A DNA stretch of 64,000 bases from Tubulanus polymorphus (GCF_964204645.1 NC_134025.1:25524299-25588298), one strand, 5' to 3'. Shown: positions 50,702 to 64,000, counted from the stretch's first letter. The notes: generated by a model not told the origin, from the letters alone. Made by a program: numbers and translations.

Positions 50702-53622
50702 TCCGACGGGAGGCCTCGTTTTGTTTCCAGTTGGAAATTGTTGACAGTTTGTTGAAGCGTTTTTGAAATTGACAATGAAAGATGGACTTTTATCTGACGG
50801 TGGTGCTATTTTGATTATATATATGTGTATAGATATATGTACGAATAATTTATGTATCAGTTATTTGTTGCTAAGTGATAAACACACAGGGCTTACCGAA
50901 ATGGATATATCTCTTCTATAGTTTCCTTATAATGAACTTTCTGTCCTATCTGGTCCTGGATATTACAGATCCATTCTTCAGTTAACAATTTCAAAATTCC
51001 AATGAATTATTTATAACTCTGCTGTTCAAAACATAATCTTCTTGTTCAGTGAAAAAATAGTAACATTAGCTACGTAATTGTATCTTAGTCGCATATTCCT
51101 AATCATTATATACTTTGTGATTTATCAATGTGAAGTTACTTTGAAAAATAAGCAGTTTGTCGATCAATGTCTGATTAAAAGATGAAAACCGGTGTTTGTC
51201 TAATCATTACAAGTTTGGTTATGATTAAGCATGAGGACAAATGATATAATGGCATGAAACAGAAGTAACGAACACCTGGAGCTGGTTTCATAGACTGGGT
51301 ATCATTGTTATCCCTAGAACTACGAAAAACCTGGGATTGAACTGTTAGCCAGCCCTCGAAACTGGGCCCTGTTATCTCTGACCTCAAATTTCTACTAGAA
51401 TTTTTTTAAATGGAGGACAAGAGACAGCATATTTTTGCAAAGAAATGTGTCTATTTTACACTGCCAACCGTTGTTAAAAGATCAAGCTAGAATAATGTAG
51501 CCTGCATTTAAAAGTAATGTGTGCTTTATCAATGTACTGAAAAAGTGTTTGCAGTATTCGATTCATGTCACTATTGTCTGATGTCATTTTATGTCTGTCT
51601 GTGTCATTTATTGACAATCAAATTCATTTTTCATGTGTGAGCGTTGCATTTATATTACCTACTGGTAGATAGTTAGTAGCTGTAGCCCATTCTGGATCAG
51701 AATACTGGCTATGTATGTTTAATGTGCTTGGAATTTCTCCTAGTGCAAACATGATGCCAGGTACGATGATTAAGTGCCATTTGATTAAGACCCCCTTCCA
51801 GTCTGGAGGACTAAGAATAACATAAACTTAGAGAATTATCTCTGACCATTCATTCCTAACATACAACACCAAATCTACTGGGGAGACTTCACCATGCCCA
51901 AAATTATTCATATGCGTATTCTGACTAGACTTTTCAAAGAATAACGATATCTAAGTCTCTAAAATCGTCCCTGAACAAAAGAAATATGTATCCATACACT
52001 GAATGGGTATACAGATCTGGATGGTTTTATTCGATGATATAAGTGCTAAGATTGTAATCTTTTCTTACCAACATCTGTTAGATAAACAGCTTACGGTATA
52101 CTGATGTTACCGCTGAGAAGGTGCTAGATACATTGTCTCATTGATTTTTGATTTAACCATTTTCTGATTTCATTCTACTGTAATTTTTTTTCAGCTCCTA
52201 TCTTATTAAGCCTGTGATAAATTTTCATGCCAGTAATTTTATTTCACTTTTAGAATGCCAGTTCATAGATACAAGTCCTGATAATTTATTTCTATTACGA
52301 ATATCTTTCGTGACTTCGCTTCGGGGTGAAATATAACTAAGCTAATCAAAATCAACTTGAATTTTTGTCTTCAAGTCAAAATTAACTTGAATTTTTGTCT
52401 TAAGTCATGATGATAAGTTCATCATTTTACTTAGTGAAACAGGCCCCTGACTATTTTATACTTTTATAGCTTTCGTGGTCAGTTGTTAATACTGAGCATT
52501 TAATATCATTGCCTCTACATATCGCTTCAGTTTCTAAGCTTTCGCTATATTTCTCAGGTGTTATACAGAGATATATAACAACATGAGAATATCGAGATTA
52601 TCATTGTACATGATAGTTTTACTGGATGTTAGATATATTTTTTGAGATGAAAAATTGATTGGTGTGTTATCATATTTATTTTTCCTGAATGGAAATCAAT
52701 TATCCGTATTTCTCTTCTTGGAACATATTTGACATGATTTGAGCCTCTCTCAATTTTTGTTTGGCCAACTACCTATCATTATTATTTCATGCTGTGAAAG
52801 GTACATTTGTTGGATGTATGAAAAGATATTCATATATGGAAATGTAAACAAACAGAAGAACTAGTCCTTCCACACTGGGTTGCTTTTAGGAAGTACTAGC
52901 AACCAATCATGGTTTAGGGAATTCGTTTGAATCTTGTTGAAGCTGGTTCAATTTTCCTCTAGCCAAGGCGGTATTATGTGCTAGCTAGCTATCATTGGTG
53001 CATAGACACAAATTACTACAAAATGTGCGCCTAAAAAGTGCTGTATGAATAAACCATTCCAATACGAATGCTTCATTGCCATTGATAATCCCACGAGTAC
53101 TGAACTGTCATTTCTGAAATATTTTCTGTCCCTACGATTTTCGATACATCAAAAATGGCTTAGAATACGAACGACGAAGCAATAGTTTATTTATAATCTG
53201 CAGCCAGGCTGCTTTGGTATTTTGGAAATACAGTAATTAGTGACATAAATATAAACTGCATAGAGCAAGGGTAATTTCTCTAACGGTGCTCAGTTTCACA
53301 AGGTTAATTGAAAATTCACCAAATTGATGAAATCTAGAAAGTTTTCATTGTTTCTGAAACTGAGCTGTCACTGTATTCTTATTCTGAGATAATTTCTAAC
53401 CAATGTAATATATACACGTATAATCAGCTTTTGTAGCCAAAATATTGAGATATATCATCAAAATCAATGAATATAAGCAGTACACATCCTGTCTCCAACC
53501 GTTCATCTTTAATCATTATACCATCAATTGTAATCATTACTGTAAAAATATTAACTTTCATCATATCCAACATTTTGTGAAATTATTGATGATTTTCATA
53601 CCAACTGATTGTAGATTTTGTA

Positions 53623-53628
53623 AATAAA
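53623..53628 (+). promoter_or_regulatory. Candidate dystrophin polyadenylation signal (another at 53048-53053)
   Basis: AATAAA followed by T-rich sequence ~2.9 kb after the stop. Confidence 0.35.
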
Positions 53629-54002
53629 CATAGTGTTTAACTTATAAATGAAGGCGCTAATTTGTTTTGATTTTTAATTACTCAAATTGGATCGATTTTC
53701 TTTTCATTCTCATCAAAATTCTAATATAATAGTATCCTATCCTGATGTCGAGGAATGCAGTGAACTATGAATTCAGTTAAACTTTGATTGGTAAATTGCA
53801 GTCTGTGCATCATCAATTAATGGTATAAAATAGCTTAGATTTCATGGTATGTTTCTGTTTTGAAAAACTTTAACTTTCATGGCCTCGACCTAGTCAGTAA
53901 CCTGTCTGTGGTTTAGTTTTATGATCGGATTAAGCCCATCCGATTATAAAAAGTTTACCACCAACGATTAGGTAACTAACTAGGCCTCTACCGTCACCCG
54001 CC

Positions 54003-54361
54003 AATAGAGGATAAACAGGGGTGCCCCGAGTTCGAACCCAGTAATTACTGATACTGATTCAGAGTGGTCCTGATGCTGAATAGAGGATGTATAGGGGTGT
54101 CCCGGGTTCGAACCCAGTAATTACTAATACTGATTCAGAATGGTCCTGATGCTGAATAGAGGATGTATAGGGATGTGCCGGGTTCGAACCCAGTAATTAC
54201 TGATACTGATTCAGAATGGTCCTGATGCTGAATAGAGGATGTATAGGGATGTCCCGAGTTCGAACCCAGTAATTACTGATACTGATTCAGAATGGTCCTG
54301 ATGCTGAATAGAGGATGTATAGGGGTGTCCCGGGTTTGAACCCAGTAATTAATGATACTGA
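54003..54361 (+). repeat. 76-bp tandem repeat (~4.7 copies) with tRNA/SINE-like B box
   Basis: Units start at 54003, 54079, 54155, 54231, 54307; most carry (g/a)gttcgaaccc. Confidence 0.9.
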
Positions 54362-54723
54362 GGAAATTGAAATCGACGTGCTGCCCAGTACACCGTCCTG
54401 TGCTGATATTGCGCTATGCTCAACATTAGCAGATTTTTCAACGTGAATCGTCTCTGGCAACCAAAGAGAGTCTACTGCCAGAGTCAGTTCGTGTAAGTTT
54501 ATGCAAAATCCGAGCATAGTCAATCTTAAGAATCGGCAGAACATAGCATCAAAACTGACTGGTGAACTAATCAAGTTCAGAGTAGCTAATAAACTAAACA
54601 AAAAGTGTTTCAAACAATTATATTCACTCTCATACAACAATTATACAAAATGCCAGGTTTGTGCTCGAGGAACTATAACTTAAGTTCCTCAAACACGTGG
54701 ACTGATTTCAAAAACAATCCAAT

Positions 54724-54831
54724 CATGGAGGTATAAACTATAACCTTGAGTTTATACATCCATGGTCCAACCATAGACTCTAAAACAAAAGTCTATGGCC
54801 CAACCATGTACTCTAAACTGAGAGTCCATGG
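54724..54831. repeat. Three consecutive short related hairpins
   Basis: catggaggtataaact..agtttatacatccatg; ccatagact..agtctatgg; ccatgtactct..agagtccatgg. Confidence 0.6.
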
Positions 54832-57829
54832 CTCCCCACACTAAAACCAGAGATAAACCTGGCCAAATACTCTGGAAAGCGTAAGATTTTCAGTAATCAA
54901 TCTGATTTACATTTTTACTCTTAAAAGTTGACCCGGCCGGCCGCTGATCTACCTTAGGCCTTACCTGAGTTTTTTTTTTAAATCATGATCAAGCTAACCA
55001 TAACAGACCCGGCAGATAGAAATGAACTGATTACAAATTTCAATGATTTATGAAATGACCCGGCCGATCAGGAAAAACAAGATATCATCATTAATTAGCC
55101 TTTTAATGACTTAGGTTATCCAAAATATAAGATTACTAGCTTTTAATATCACATATGCTACTACATCATGCAAGGTATTTCAAGGTCTTATTCACCAAAA
55201 ACATTTCCACTGCAACTGATTCATAAAATTTGAATCAAAAGGAAAATAACAAAATTACACAAAGAATTGTAAACTTTGATCCATAAAACACCGACAATTG
55301 GGACTAGTCTGAATGTTTAAGACTATTAATTTGACAATTCATGAAGTCACCGGGCATAAGTGACACTTGGTTATTTCATGAAATATGAAGCATTCAATCA
55401 TATATCAACTATTCAAATGACAATGTAAGAGAGATTTAAGATATTCTGTTTGTACAAAAAACTGCATAACATATCTCCAGCATATAAAGATTAAAACTGG
55501 ACATTAAACAACAAATACACTCTCAAATCAATCAATCTCTAATTTCATTTCATTAACATTATTTTTACAAGAAAACTGAAATTTTGCAAACTTTGCTTTG
55601 TATTCAAGGAATTATCATGTAAGTTCTTCATTAACAAATGGGTGAACTGTATTCGAAAAACATAAAAGCATTAAAACCATAGATAAAACCAACAGATTCA
55701 CTGTGGAAAGCAGATAACATTATTTTACAAGATAACTAGAGTTTTGCCAACTTTGCCTGAGATTTTCAAACATTATCAACGTTATTTTCTCCACATTGTT
55801 TCGTTTAATGAAAAGTATTTTGAAGGTTTTTTAATTATGATATATTGAGTATCATGATATAGATATTGTTCAACTATCCATATGAATATAGCTAGGTAAA
55901 TTACAAATAACTGATTGCTAAAGTATCTACAATTATCAACAACTTTTTTCGATATTTGAAATGGTCTAGTGCCTTAATTCTAAGCACTGCCAGCTGGCTA
56001 GCACTGGATCCTCTATAACCATATAGCGCACATAAAACCTGTCCAACATTGCATGCATGAGGTATGAAAAATAAATATACTATATATAGCCATTGTAAAA
56101 CTGACAATCAAAACAGGACAAATTACTAATCAACACTGTTCATATATCCTCATATATAAAAACTACTGCTCCACTTTATTTGATAGGACATCAGTTTGAT
56201 GGTTGCTATAAACTGAACTGACCAATCGAAAAGTTTTAAGATGAATAATGAACACGTATGTGTCGTTTTATCCTCATAACAAAATTACACCTTGCTAAAT
56301 GACAGGTATTTAATCGAGGAATTATCTTGTAAGTTCCTAGTAAACAAATGAACTGCACTTTAAAAACAGCTCAACATAAAAGAGACAAATTCTACTAAGT
56401 CATCCTGGAAAGCTTAGTATTAACTTAAGGTTCTAAATTTCATTTTCATTAACATCATTTTTACTAGACAACTAGAATTTTCACGGCACCTTGTCTTAAC
56501 TAAAGATTTTCAAACATTATCAGTTCACTCATTTAATTCAATGTTATTTCAGGGAAAACATGACAATAATTTTACGATTGATAACTAATCATGTTTATAG
56601 CTGTTTAACATTCTTTCTAAAAAAGAGTAAAATGTATCTCCCAGATATCATCCCTAAAACAATTAACAGTTACAGCAGTGATAGGGTGTGATATATAGGT
56701 AAAAGGACGCGTGATCTTTCATCAGCTATTCGAAGCATTCTATCGAATCAGTTATCTTTTAGTGTGTTTGATTTAGTTAAGGTTTATGGTTATTTGTTTT
56801 GTTTATTACTAACTGATCCGATAGAACACTTAAAACAACAACAGAAAAGATCTCAAGAGGTTGGGAAACACGGAGAAGGTTGTTCTATGAAAGAAGAACC
56901 TTTGATAATTAGATTAAGTTGATAGGAAAAAATTCCTGATGACGGAGCCCTATATTAACTTATTGTTTGTTGGTTTTGTTTATTTTTTTTTTATTACTTA
57001 TAGTTTTATTTGTTTTTTTTATATTATTTATTTTGTTATGTAGTTTTGTTTATTTTTTTAAATTATGTTCTCTGTATTTTGTACTATTTATTACTATCTA
57101 CATCAGGAATTTTTTACCGGTGAGATTATGGGCTCACTAAAAAAAGTGCTAAAATTCACTGCTGCACCTAAATAATAGTTTCCTTATTGAACACCCCGAT
57201 TTGAAGTTAAGTGATCATTAGTATGAAAGCCACTCAACCTAATGATATGAATAATGATGAAAGAAGTTAAAACAGCTATAAACAAAATTAAAACGATCAA
57301 AATTATTGCTGGCCATTATTATTTATTCCTTTATATTACATTATTCCTAGTATTACCTCTCATACCTCTGTGGATACAATGTACTACGATATAAGTTTCA
57401 TATAACTAGCTAGGATCCCCTACATGGAAGCACAATTCTAAACTGTATGTGAAAATCAAGATATTCTACTCATTAGTCAAATCGCTTTAACGGGCCTTAA
57501 AATTATGGCATCAAAAAATAAATCAACGCTTTGATATATCAACTTATTATTTGTACACAGAACACTGCCTAATATTATATGGTTTCCTTAACTATACGTG
57601 ATGATATTCGGGGGGCGTAGCCAGTTTGTACTGAAGGCCCGGCCCTTCACTTTTTGGCCAAGGAATCATTTTCAAAACATCTTTATTCAAAACCCATTAA
57701 CTTGCTGGGTGAGTTTAGGAGTCCAAAGTAATTACGTACCAACTTCCTTTATTGCGTTTAAAAGTTGCAACTGTTTAACTGACTACGCTCTCCCTTTTGA
57801 ACATTTAGGCTATGCAAATCATTAAATTA

Positions 57830-60770
57830 TTTTCACTCTCGGAATCTTCTGTTGGCTGCTTTAATCATTCGATTCTAGATGGTTAGTTGATCTTAGTATG
57901 AGCTATTTCTTATAGATGTGATTTTATGGCTAAAATGAGTAAAAGAAGATATCCAATTATCATACAATATCTTACAAAATACACAAATCTTCATATAGCA
58001 TTAATTATAATAAATTTCCATGTAAATCAACTTACCTTTCAAGATAACTGGGTTTAGTATCGGCTAGGAGTTCTCAGTTGTTGTATGAGTTCAATTCGAG
58101 TTGGACTCGTTCTGTTGACTGTTCTAATCGGTAGATTCTAGTTGGTTAGTTGATCTTCGTATGAGCTTTCTTCTAATAGATGTGATTTTTTGGCTGAAAC
58201 GAGTGAAAAAAATATCCGGTAATCACACGATTCTTTATTAATCATAATACTTTCAATGTCAATCAACCTACCTTTCAATGCTGAGTTTAGTATCGGCTAG
58301 GATTGTCTAAGTTGGTTCATGAGTTAAATTTGTTGTGGTAGTTTATGATTTCAATTCAAGTTGGACTTCTGTGGTAGTTGATGATTTCAATTCAAGTTGG
58401 AATCGTCTGTTCGCTATTCTACTCAAAACATTTTTGATTAGTTAATCTTAGGCTGAGCTTTTTTTTATAGATGTGATTTTTTAGCTGAAACGAGTAAAAA
58501 AAGAAAATATCCTGTATTCACACAACTCTTTATATAGCATTGACCATAATACTTTCAATGTCAATCAGCCTACCTTTCAACGCTGAGTTTAGTATCGGCT
58601 AGCATTGTTTAAGTTGGTTCATGAGTTAAATTTGTTGTGGTAGTTGATGATTTCATTTCAAGTTGGACTTCTGTGGTAGTTGATGATTTCAATTCAAGTT
58701 GGAATCGTCTGTTCGCTGTTCTACTCAAAACATTTTTGACTAGTTAATCTTAGGCTGAGCTTTTTTTATAGATGTGATTTTTAGCTGAAACGAGTAAAAA
58801 AAGAAAATATCCTGTATTCACACAACTCTTTATATAGCATTGACCATAATACTTTCAATGTCAATCAGCCTACCTTTCAATGCTGAGTTTAGTATCGGCT
58901 AGGATTGTCTAAGTTGGTTCATGAGTTAAATTTGTTGTGGTAGTTTATGATTTCAATTCAAGTTGGACTTCTGTGGTAGTTGATGATTTCAATTCAAGTT
59001 GGAATCGTCTGTTCGCTATTCTAATCATACATTTTTGACTAGTTAATCTCAGGCTGAGCTTTTTTTTATAGATGTGATTTTTTAGCTGAAACGAGTAAAA
59101 AAAGAAAATATCCTGTATTCACACAACTCTTTATATAGCATTGACCATAATAATTTCCATGTAAATCAACCTACCTTTCAAGATTGCCGAGTTCATTAAC
59201 GGCTAGAATTGATGAGTTCAATTCCAGTTGTGTTGGCGGTTCTGATCAGTAGATTTCGACTAGTTAATCTTAGGCTGAACATTTCCTTTTAGATGTGATT
59301 TAGCTAAAATGATTAATAGAAAATATTCACACAATTCTTAATATAGCATTGATCATAATAATTTCAATGTAAATCAAGTTACCTTTAACGATTGCTATGT
59401 TCAGTATCGGCTCAGATCGTCTCCTTGTCATTGGTAGGTGAATGCAATGCTATGGTGTTTTTGGGGGCTGTCGTCAGATCATTTCAGTCTCAACTGAGTC
59501 TGCAGCTTTTCTCCTTGGTTGTCTTTTAGTGTATTATTGGACATTAGTTCCAACCCCCAATAATTGGTTGTAGCAGTAGCATTAGTTCCTCACTGTTTCA
59601 GACTAATGACGGTAGGTAAAGATGCCGGATATATATCAGATCAGTAATGTGGACCGGAGCGTAGATTTTGATAATTAAATGCCTCTTATTTGCACTGTTT
59701 TCTTATCGGCAGATTTTCAACAAGTTGTTGATCTCAAACGCGGCAGTTTCATATAGATAGGATTAAGCTGTAATGAGAGAACAAAGATATCCTGTAAATA
59801 CAAATATTTCATTCAGAATTAATCGAAACTAGTAGAAAGCCCGTGGAAACCGGGTGATTTTTAAACGTAGAACTTTCCAACTTATCATTCATTGCAAGTG
59901 AATTGAGTATGAGCATTTTAAAGTGGCCTATCATGTGGTGTGATCACCCGTGCCCATAGAGAACACGCGGAATCTCGGGACCGACTTGACCTGTGCCCGA
60001 GGATGCTGGGGCCCTTAATCACATACTGAAAATTTCTTCTGCCCCTGGGAGGCAGCAGTGCCTCATAGGTTAAAGTAAGCGGGTTCATTGCTTTTTCATT
60101 TACTATCATCTGTTACATTTGAAAAACTGTTTCATGACCCGGCTCAGCAGTAACTTGTACTGTATCAGCTGTGACAACAGTGGCTATATCAGTCAGTGGC
60201 TATGCCAGCAGACCCATGCGCCCCCTGTGAACAGTAGGAGAGACTACAAAAATTTGGTAAATGGCCCACCACATAAATTCAAAAATACATTTTCCATGGA
60301 AACCAAGCGATAAAAGACTAGATCTACCACCGGGCAAATTTTCAGGGCGATACATCCAGTAACGACGGAGCAGTCGGTACAACAATTCAGTATCATTATA
60401 TAAGATTATATAAGATAATTTCATGTATATCAAGTTACCTTCTATGATTGCTGGGTTCATTATCGGTGAGGATCTCGTAAGTAGGTCGGTTGTTGAATTG
60501 GATTCAAATTGGCCTTTTCTGTGCTTCTTTACGCTGTTCTCCAATCGGCAGATTTTAAACGAGTTGTTGATCTCAAGCGCAGCAGTTTCATATAGGATTG
60601 ATGGTAGCTGAAATGAGAAAACAAAGATATCCTGTAAATACAAATATTTCATCCAGAATTGATCGTAATAATTTCATGTATATCAAGTTACCTTTTACGA
60701 TTGCTGGGTTCATTATCGGCGAGGATCTCCTAAGTTGGGTGGTTGTTTGAGTTTGATTTGAATCGGCCCT
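57830..60770 (-). ncRNA. Tandem array of exon+intron units, probable spliced non-coding transcript or decayed gene
   Basis: Minus-strand GT..AG introns at 57930-58035, 58194-58271, 58485-58573, 58785-58873, 59086-59174, 59304-59382, 60608-60691; youngest copies have ~300-bp period. Confidence 0.55.
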
Positions 60771-60807
60771 GTCGAGATTTTGGCAATAACTATATCACAA
60801 GGTTGAA

Positions 60808-61553
60808 GATAATTTTACAATATTTGGTCTTCTTCATGTAAATTAGTCCGAAAGTTTACAAGGTTGAATAATTTGACTAATTTATACAATTCTTTGGTCT
60901 TTTTTTCATGTAGTCCGAAAGTTTACAAGGTAAAAGAGAATTTTGTCTAAGTTTTTAAATCGGAAATCGAAGTACAGATATAGTTGTGTGATCGGCGGTC
61001 AATCTAACATAATTTTTCTTTTCGATAATTTTACAATATTTGGTCTTTTTTTAAATAGTCCGAAAGTTTACAAGGTTGAATAATTCGTCTAATTTATACA
61101 ATTCTTTGGTCTTTTTTTCATGTAGTCCGAAAGTTTACAAGGTAAAAGAGAATTTTGTCTAATTTTTTCAAATCGGAAATCGAAGTACAGATATAGTTGT
61201 GAGATCAGCGGTCGAGTTTACAGAATCTTCTTTCAAAATCGAAGTACATAATTGGAAATTCGGCGATGCCTCGACGTCGGGTTGACGGAGTTGGAGCGGA
61301 CCTGGAAATAGAAAAATCAGAGACGACAGAGGTATGATGATTATTGGGGGTTTAAGGAGAGAGGACTCAGGGGGAGGCCTTAGGAGAACACTCCAGTGTT
61401 TGGTGTAGACAGTTACTACAAACCCATTACACCTGCTGAGAGTGAAACGGTTCGATTTTGAATTCGGAAATCGAAGTACAGATATAGTTGTGTGATCGGC
61501 GATCAAATTTACAGAATTTGTCGCAAAAATCGAAGTACACAATTGGAAATTTT
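60808..61553. repeat. Complex direct repeats (~216-bp duplication with ~60-bp subunits, third partial copy near 61462)
   Basis: tagtccgaaagtttacaagg x4; tcggaaatcgaagtacagatatagttgtg x3. Confidence 0.8.
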
Positions 61554-62063
61554 GGAACCAATGACGTCATTTGCTGTTAGATATTGGATGGAGATGCCGA
61601 ACTTCACTGGCACCCCCAATCTCCCTAGCAGCTATCCGTCAGGCCACGGATGATAACCAAAGAATAATAAATCAACTTAGCTTTATGTGATGTCTTCACG
61701 GGCTGTCGTCAGATCCCAGTGGCGGTTGAATCTCTTCTTCGTCGTCTTCCTGGCATCTTCGTCATCGCCTTCTTATGGGTAACCTGAAATGAGAGAAAAG
61801 AGAAAACGGAGATGAAAACCTGGTACGGAACAAAACAAATGACCGAAAGCTTTTCAGCTCTCCTTCGCAGGTCACGTGCCGAGAACGACAACTGTCGAGT
61901 CAGCCAGGAAACACTCGTCCCTACGTGCCTTCGCGCGGGGAACGCAAACCAGGGCTCCAACACCTCACATTCATCACCTACCTACAGGATGTGCCGGGCG
62001 GCATCAATAACTGATGAATCTGCCAGATCGCTAAAGACAAAAGAGAGTAGCGCTAACTGAGTC

Positions 62064-62412
62064 GAACTAGAGTTTACTAGTTGCCGATCGAGAACAAATA
62101 GAAGTGCTGCCAGAAAACCAAAGGTCAACAATGGCCAGAACTAGAGTTAACTAGTTGCCGGAGAACAACTCAGGAGAGAAGTTCTGCCGGAAAACCAAAG
62201 CGACCAATGGCCAGAACTAGAGTCACACTAGTTGCCGGAGAACAACTCAGGAGAGAAGTTCTGCCGGAAAACCAAAGGTCAACAATGGCCAGAACTAGAG
62301 TTAACTAGTTGCCGGAGAACAACTCAGGAGAGAAGTTCTGCCGGAAAACCAAGGCGACAAATGGCCAGAACTAGGGTTAACTAGTTGCCGGAACACAACT
62401 ACAGTCCTGCCG
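62064..62412. repeat. 76-78-bp tandem repeat (~4.5 copies)
   Basis: atggccagaactag at 62131, 62207, 62285, 62361. Confidence 0.9.
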
Positions 62413-64000
62413 GAAGGGTGACCAGTATCACACCACTCAATCTTTTACCCCTAGCAATCCGATAGATTCGACGGTCATTGACGTCACTCAGTACAGACTG
62501 TAGGCGGATAATGATGCGAGGCATTGTCGTCCTAGTTTGCGTTCCCTGTATGAGGGCACGTAGGGACATCATTTCCTGGCCGACTCTTACCTGCCGTTCT
62601 TGACACGTGACCGGCGAAGGAGAGCCAACGCTTTCGGATATTAGTTTTATTCCATAAAATATCAAAAATCGAGAGAGAAATCGGCCCTGAAATATAGAAC
62701 GGATTAAATGCTGAAAAATAGAACGGATTAATTAACACAGAACAGTACAGGACAATACGGAGACGAACAGTAACACATAAAACATAAAGACGTCGTTCCT
62801 CAGGAAGCAGGAACAGGAGCAGGAGCGGGAGCGCAGCGAAGATCGCCAGAAGGAGAATCCACAGTAGCATGTTCACAGTGTGAGTAAGCTGAGGTGAATG
62901 GCCTATGCTTGTGGTGTACACCGTGGTTAGCCGGTGACGTATTCAATAGCGCGTATGAATGCTATCAACAACTCTGAAAACAAGTAAGTATAGTAGGTCG
63001 CATTCATGGATGCGACGCATTTGTGAATTATCCAGTAATTATTGATCTTTATTCTTAGAGAATGTACGGGGGTGTCCCGGGTTCGAATCCAGTAATAATA
63101 TTGATCTTTATTCTAAGAAGTCCTGATGTTGAATAGAGGAGGGTGTCACTGTGTGTGTCTACACTGAGTGTGTACGCTCAATTTTTCCGGTTTTATGATG
63201 CATTTGGTGGAAACCGAGGGATTTGTTTGCAGAGGTGGACATGCATGATGGTTCCACTTAAGTGGATGGTCGGACCACACGATGGTGCATCTGCATGGTT
63301 AAGTCTTGAAATCAACTACACAGATAATCCGATCCGCTAAGTGACCGTATAGTGCTGCCCCTAAGATTCGTCGCCGAGTTTTGTAAAATTCCAGCGTCCA
63401 CGTTATAGCGGTTACCAAGATGGTTGACAAGTGTTGCTAAGAACGCTAGAATTGACAATATTTTATTACAATACTTTGGAATATGGAATAAGTACCTGGC
63501 CGGCCCTATCAGATTAAAGATGCCAAAACAAGAAGCTGAACAAATAATCGACTGCGTGAGTAATGACTAGGGGTCAATTTTAAAGTTTCGATTTTTAGCT
63601 AATAAAAAAGGGCGTGTGCAAGAAACTGAAAATGAATGAATGCGAACTTTAATTTAAAGTTTTAAAATTTTAGTAGGCCTAGTTAACGGACACGTTAGTA
63701 GAACAACATTTTTAGAACTTTTACTTTAATTGAACTCTTAAATTTTACAATAAAAAAAACTTTCGAGTAAAAAACGATAAAGTAGAGACAGGTGAAAGTT
63801 ACATAGGCCTAAATAGTAAAGCAAGTTGAGTAAGTTGAGGCCTATCATAAACGGAATTTATTTTTTGCGCATCTTCTATTAGCCTTCGATTCCACAAAAT
63901 GGACGATGGATATGGAAAGAAGAATCGAATACACTAGAGTATGTAAGGTAAGTCATAGGCCTCAATATGGGAAGTGTCTATGGAAATCATAGATGATGAC

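Noticed and set aside
50699-50760. Stop-codon readthrough extension of dystrophin
   Set aside because: Context is TGA-T rather than the leaky TGA-C, and the extension is short with no motif.
54003-54361. Tandem tRNA genes
   Set aside because: B-box present, but I could not fold an acceptor stem or anticodon arm; treated as a tRNA-derived repeat.
54287-54640. 117-aa minus-strand ORF
   Set aside because: Runs into the tandem repeat and has no recognisable domain.
55540-56520. Degenerate AT-rich duplications
   Set aside because: Real but low-information, with no coding or structural signal.
62064-62412. CRISPR-like array
   Set aside because: Whole units are near-identical with no unique spacers, there are no cas genes, and the context is eukaryotic.

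Overview
Eukaryotic, AT-rich animal genomic DNA with many short (~75-250 nt) GT-AG introns, probably from an invertebrate with a compact genome (inference; the organism cannot be identified from this window). About 990-50701 on the + strand is a dystrophin orthologue whose 5' end (actin-binding CH domains) lies upstream of the window. I assembled 62 phase-consistent exons plus one cassette exon, covering the spectrin-repeat rod, WW, EF-hand, ZZ, syntrophin-binding and coiled-coil regions and the ancestral hydrophobic C-terminus. Three longer introns (14993-26311, 29037-37240, 43622-46152) hold clusters of ATG-initiated mini-exons whose donors are in the phase needed to join the next dystrophin exon, suggesting several internal promoters and short isoforms. 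The first of these introns also holds an antisense ORF for a signal-peptide, 6-Cys peptide. Downstream (54-63 kb) are a tRNA-like 76-bp tandem array, a minus-strand non-coding array of tandemly duplicated exon+intron units, and an inverted-repeat-bounded minisatellite. MITE-like elements and a Penelope-type hammerhead-like motif lie in introns. All calls were made by eye; human DMD exon comparisons are from memory and need checking.
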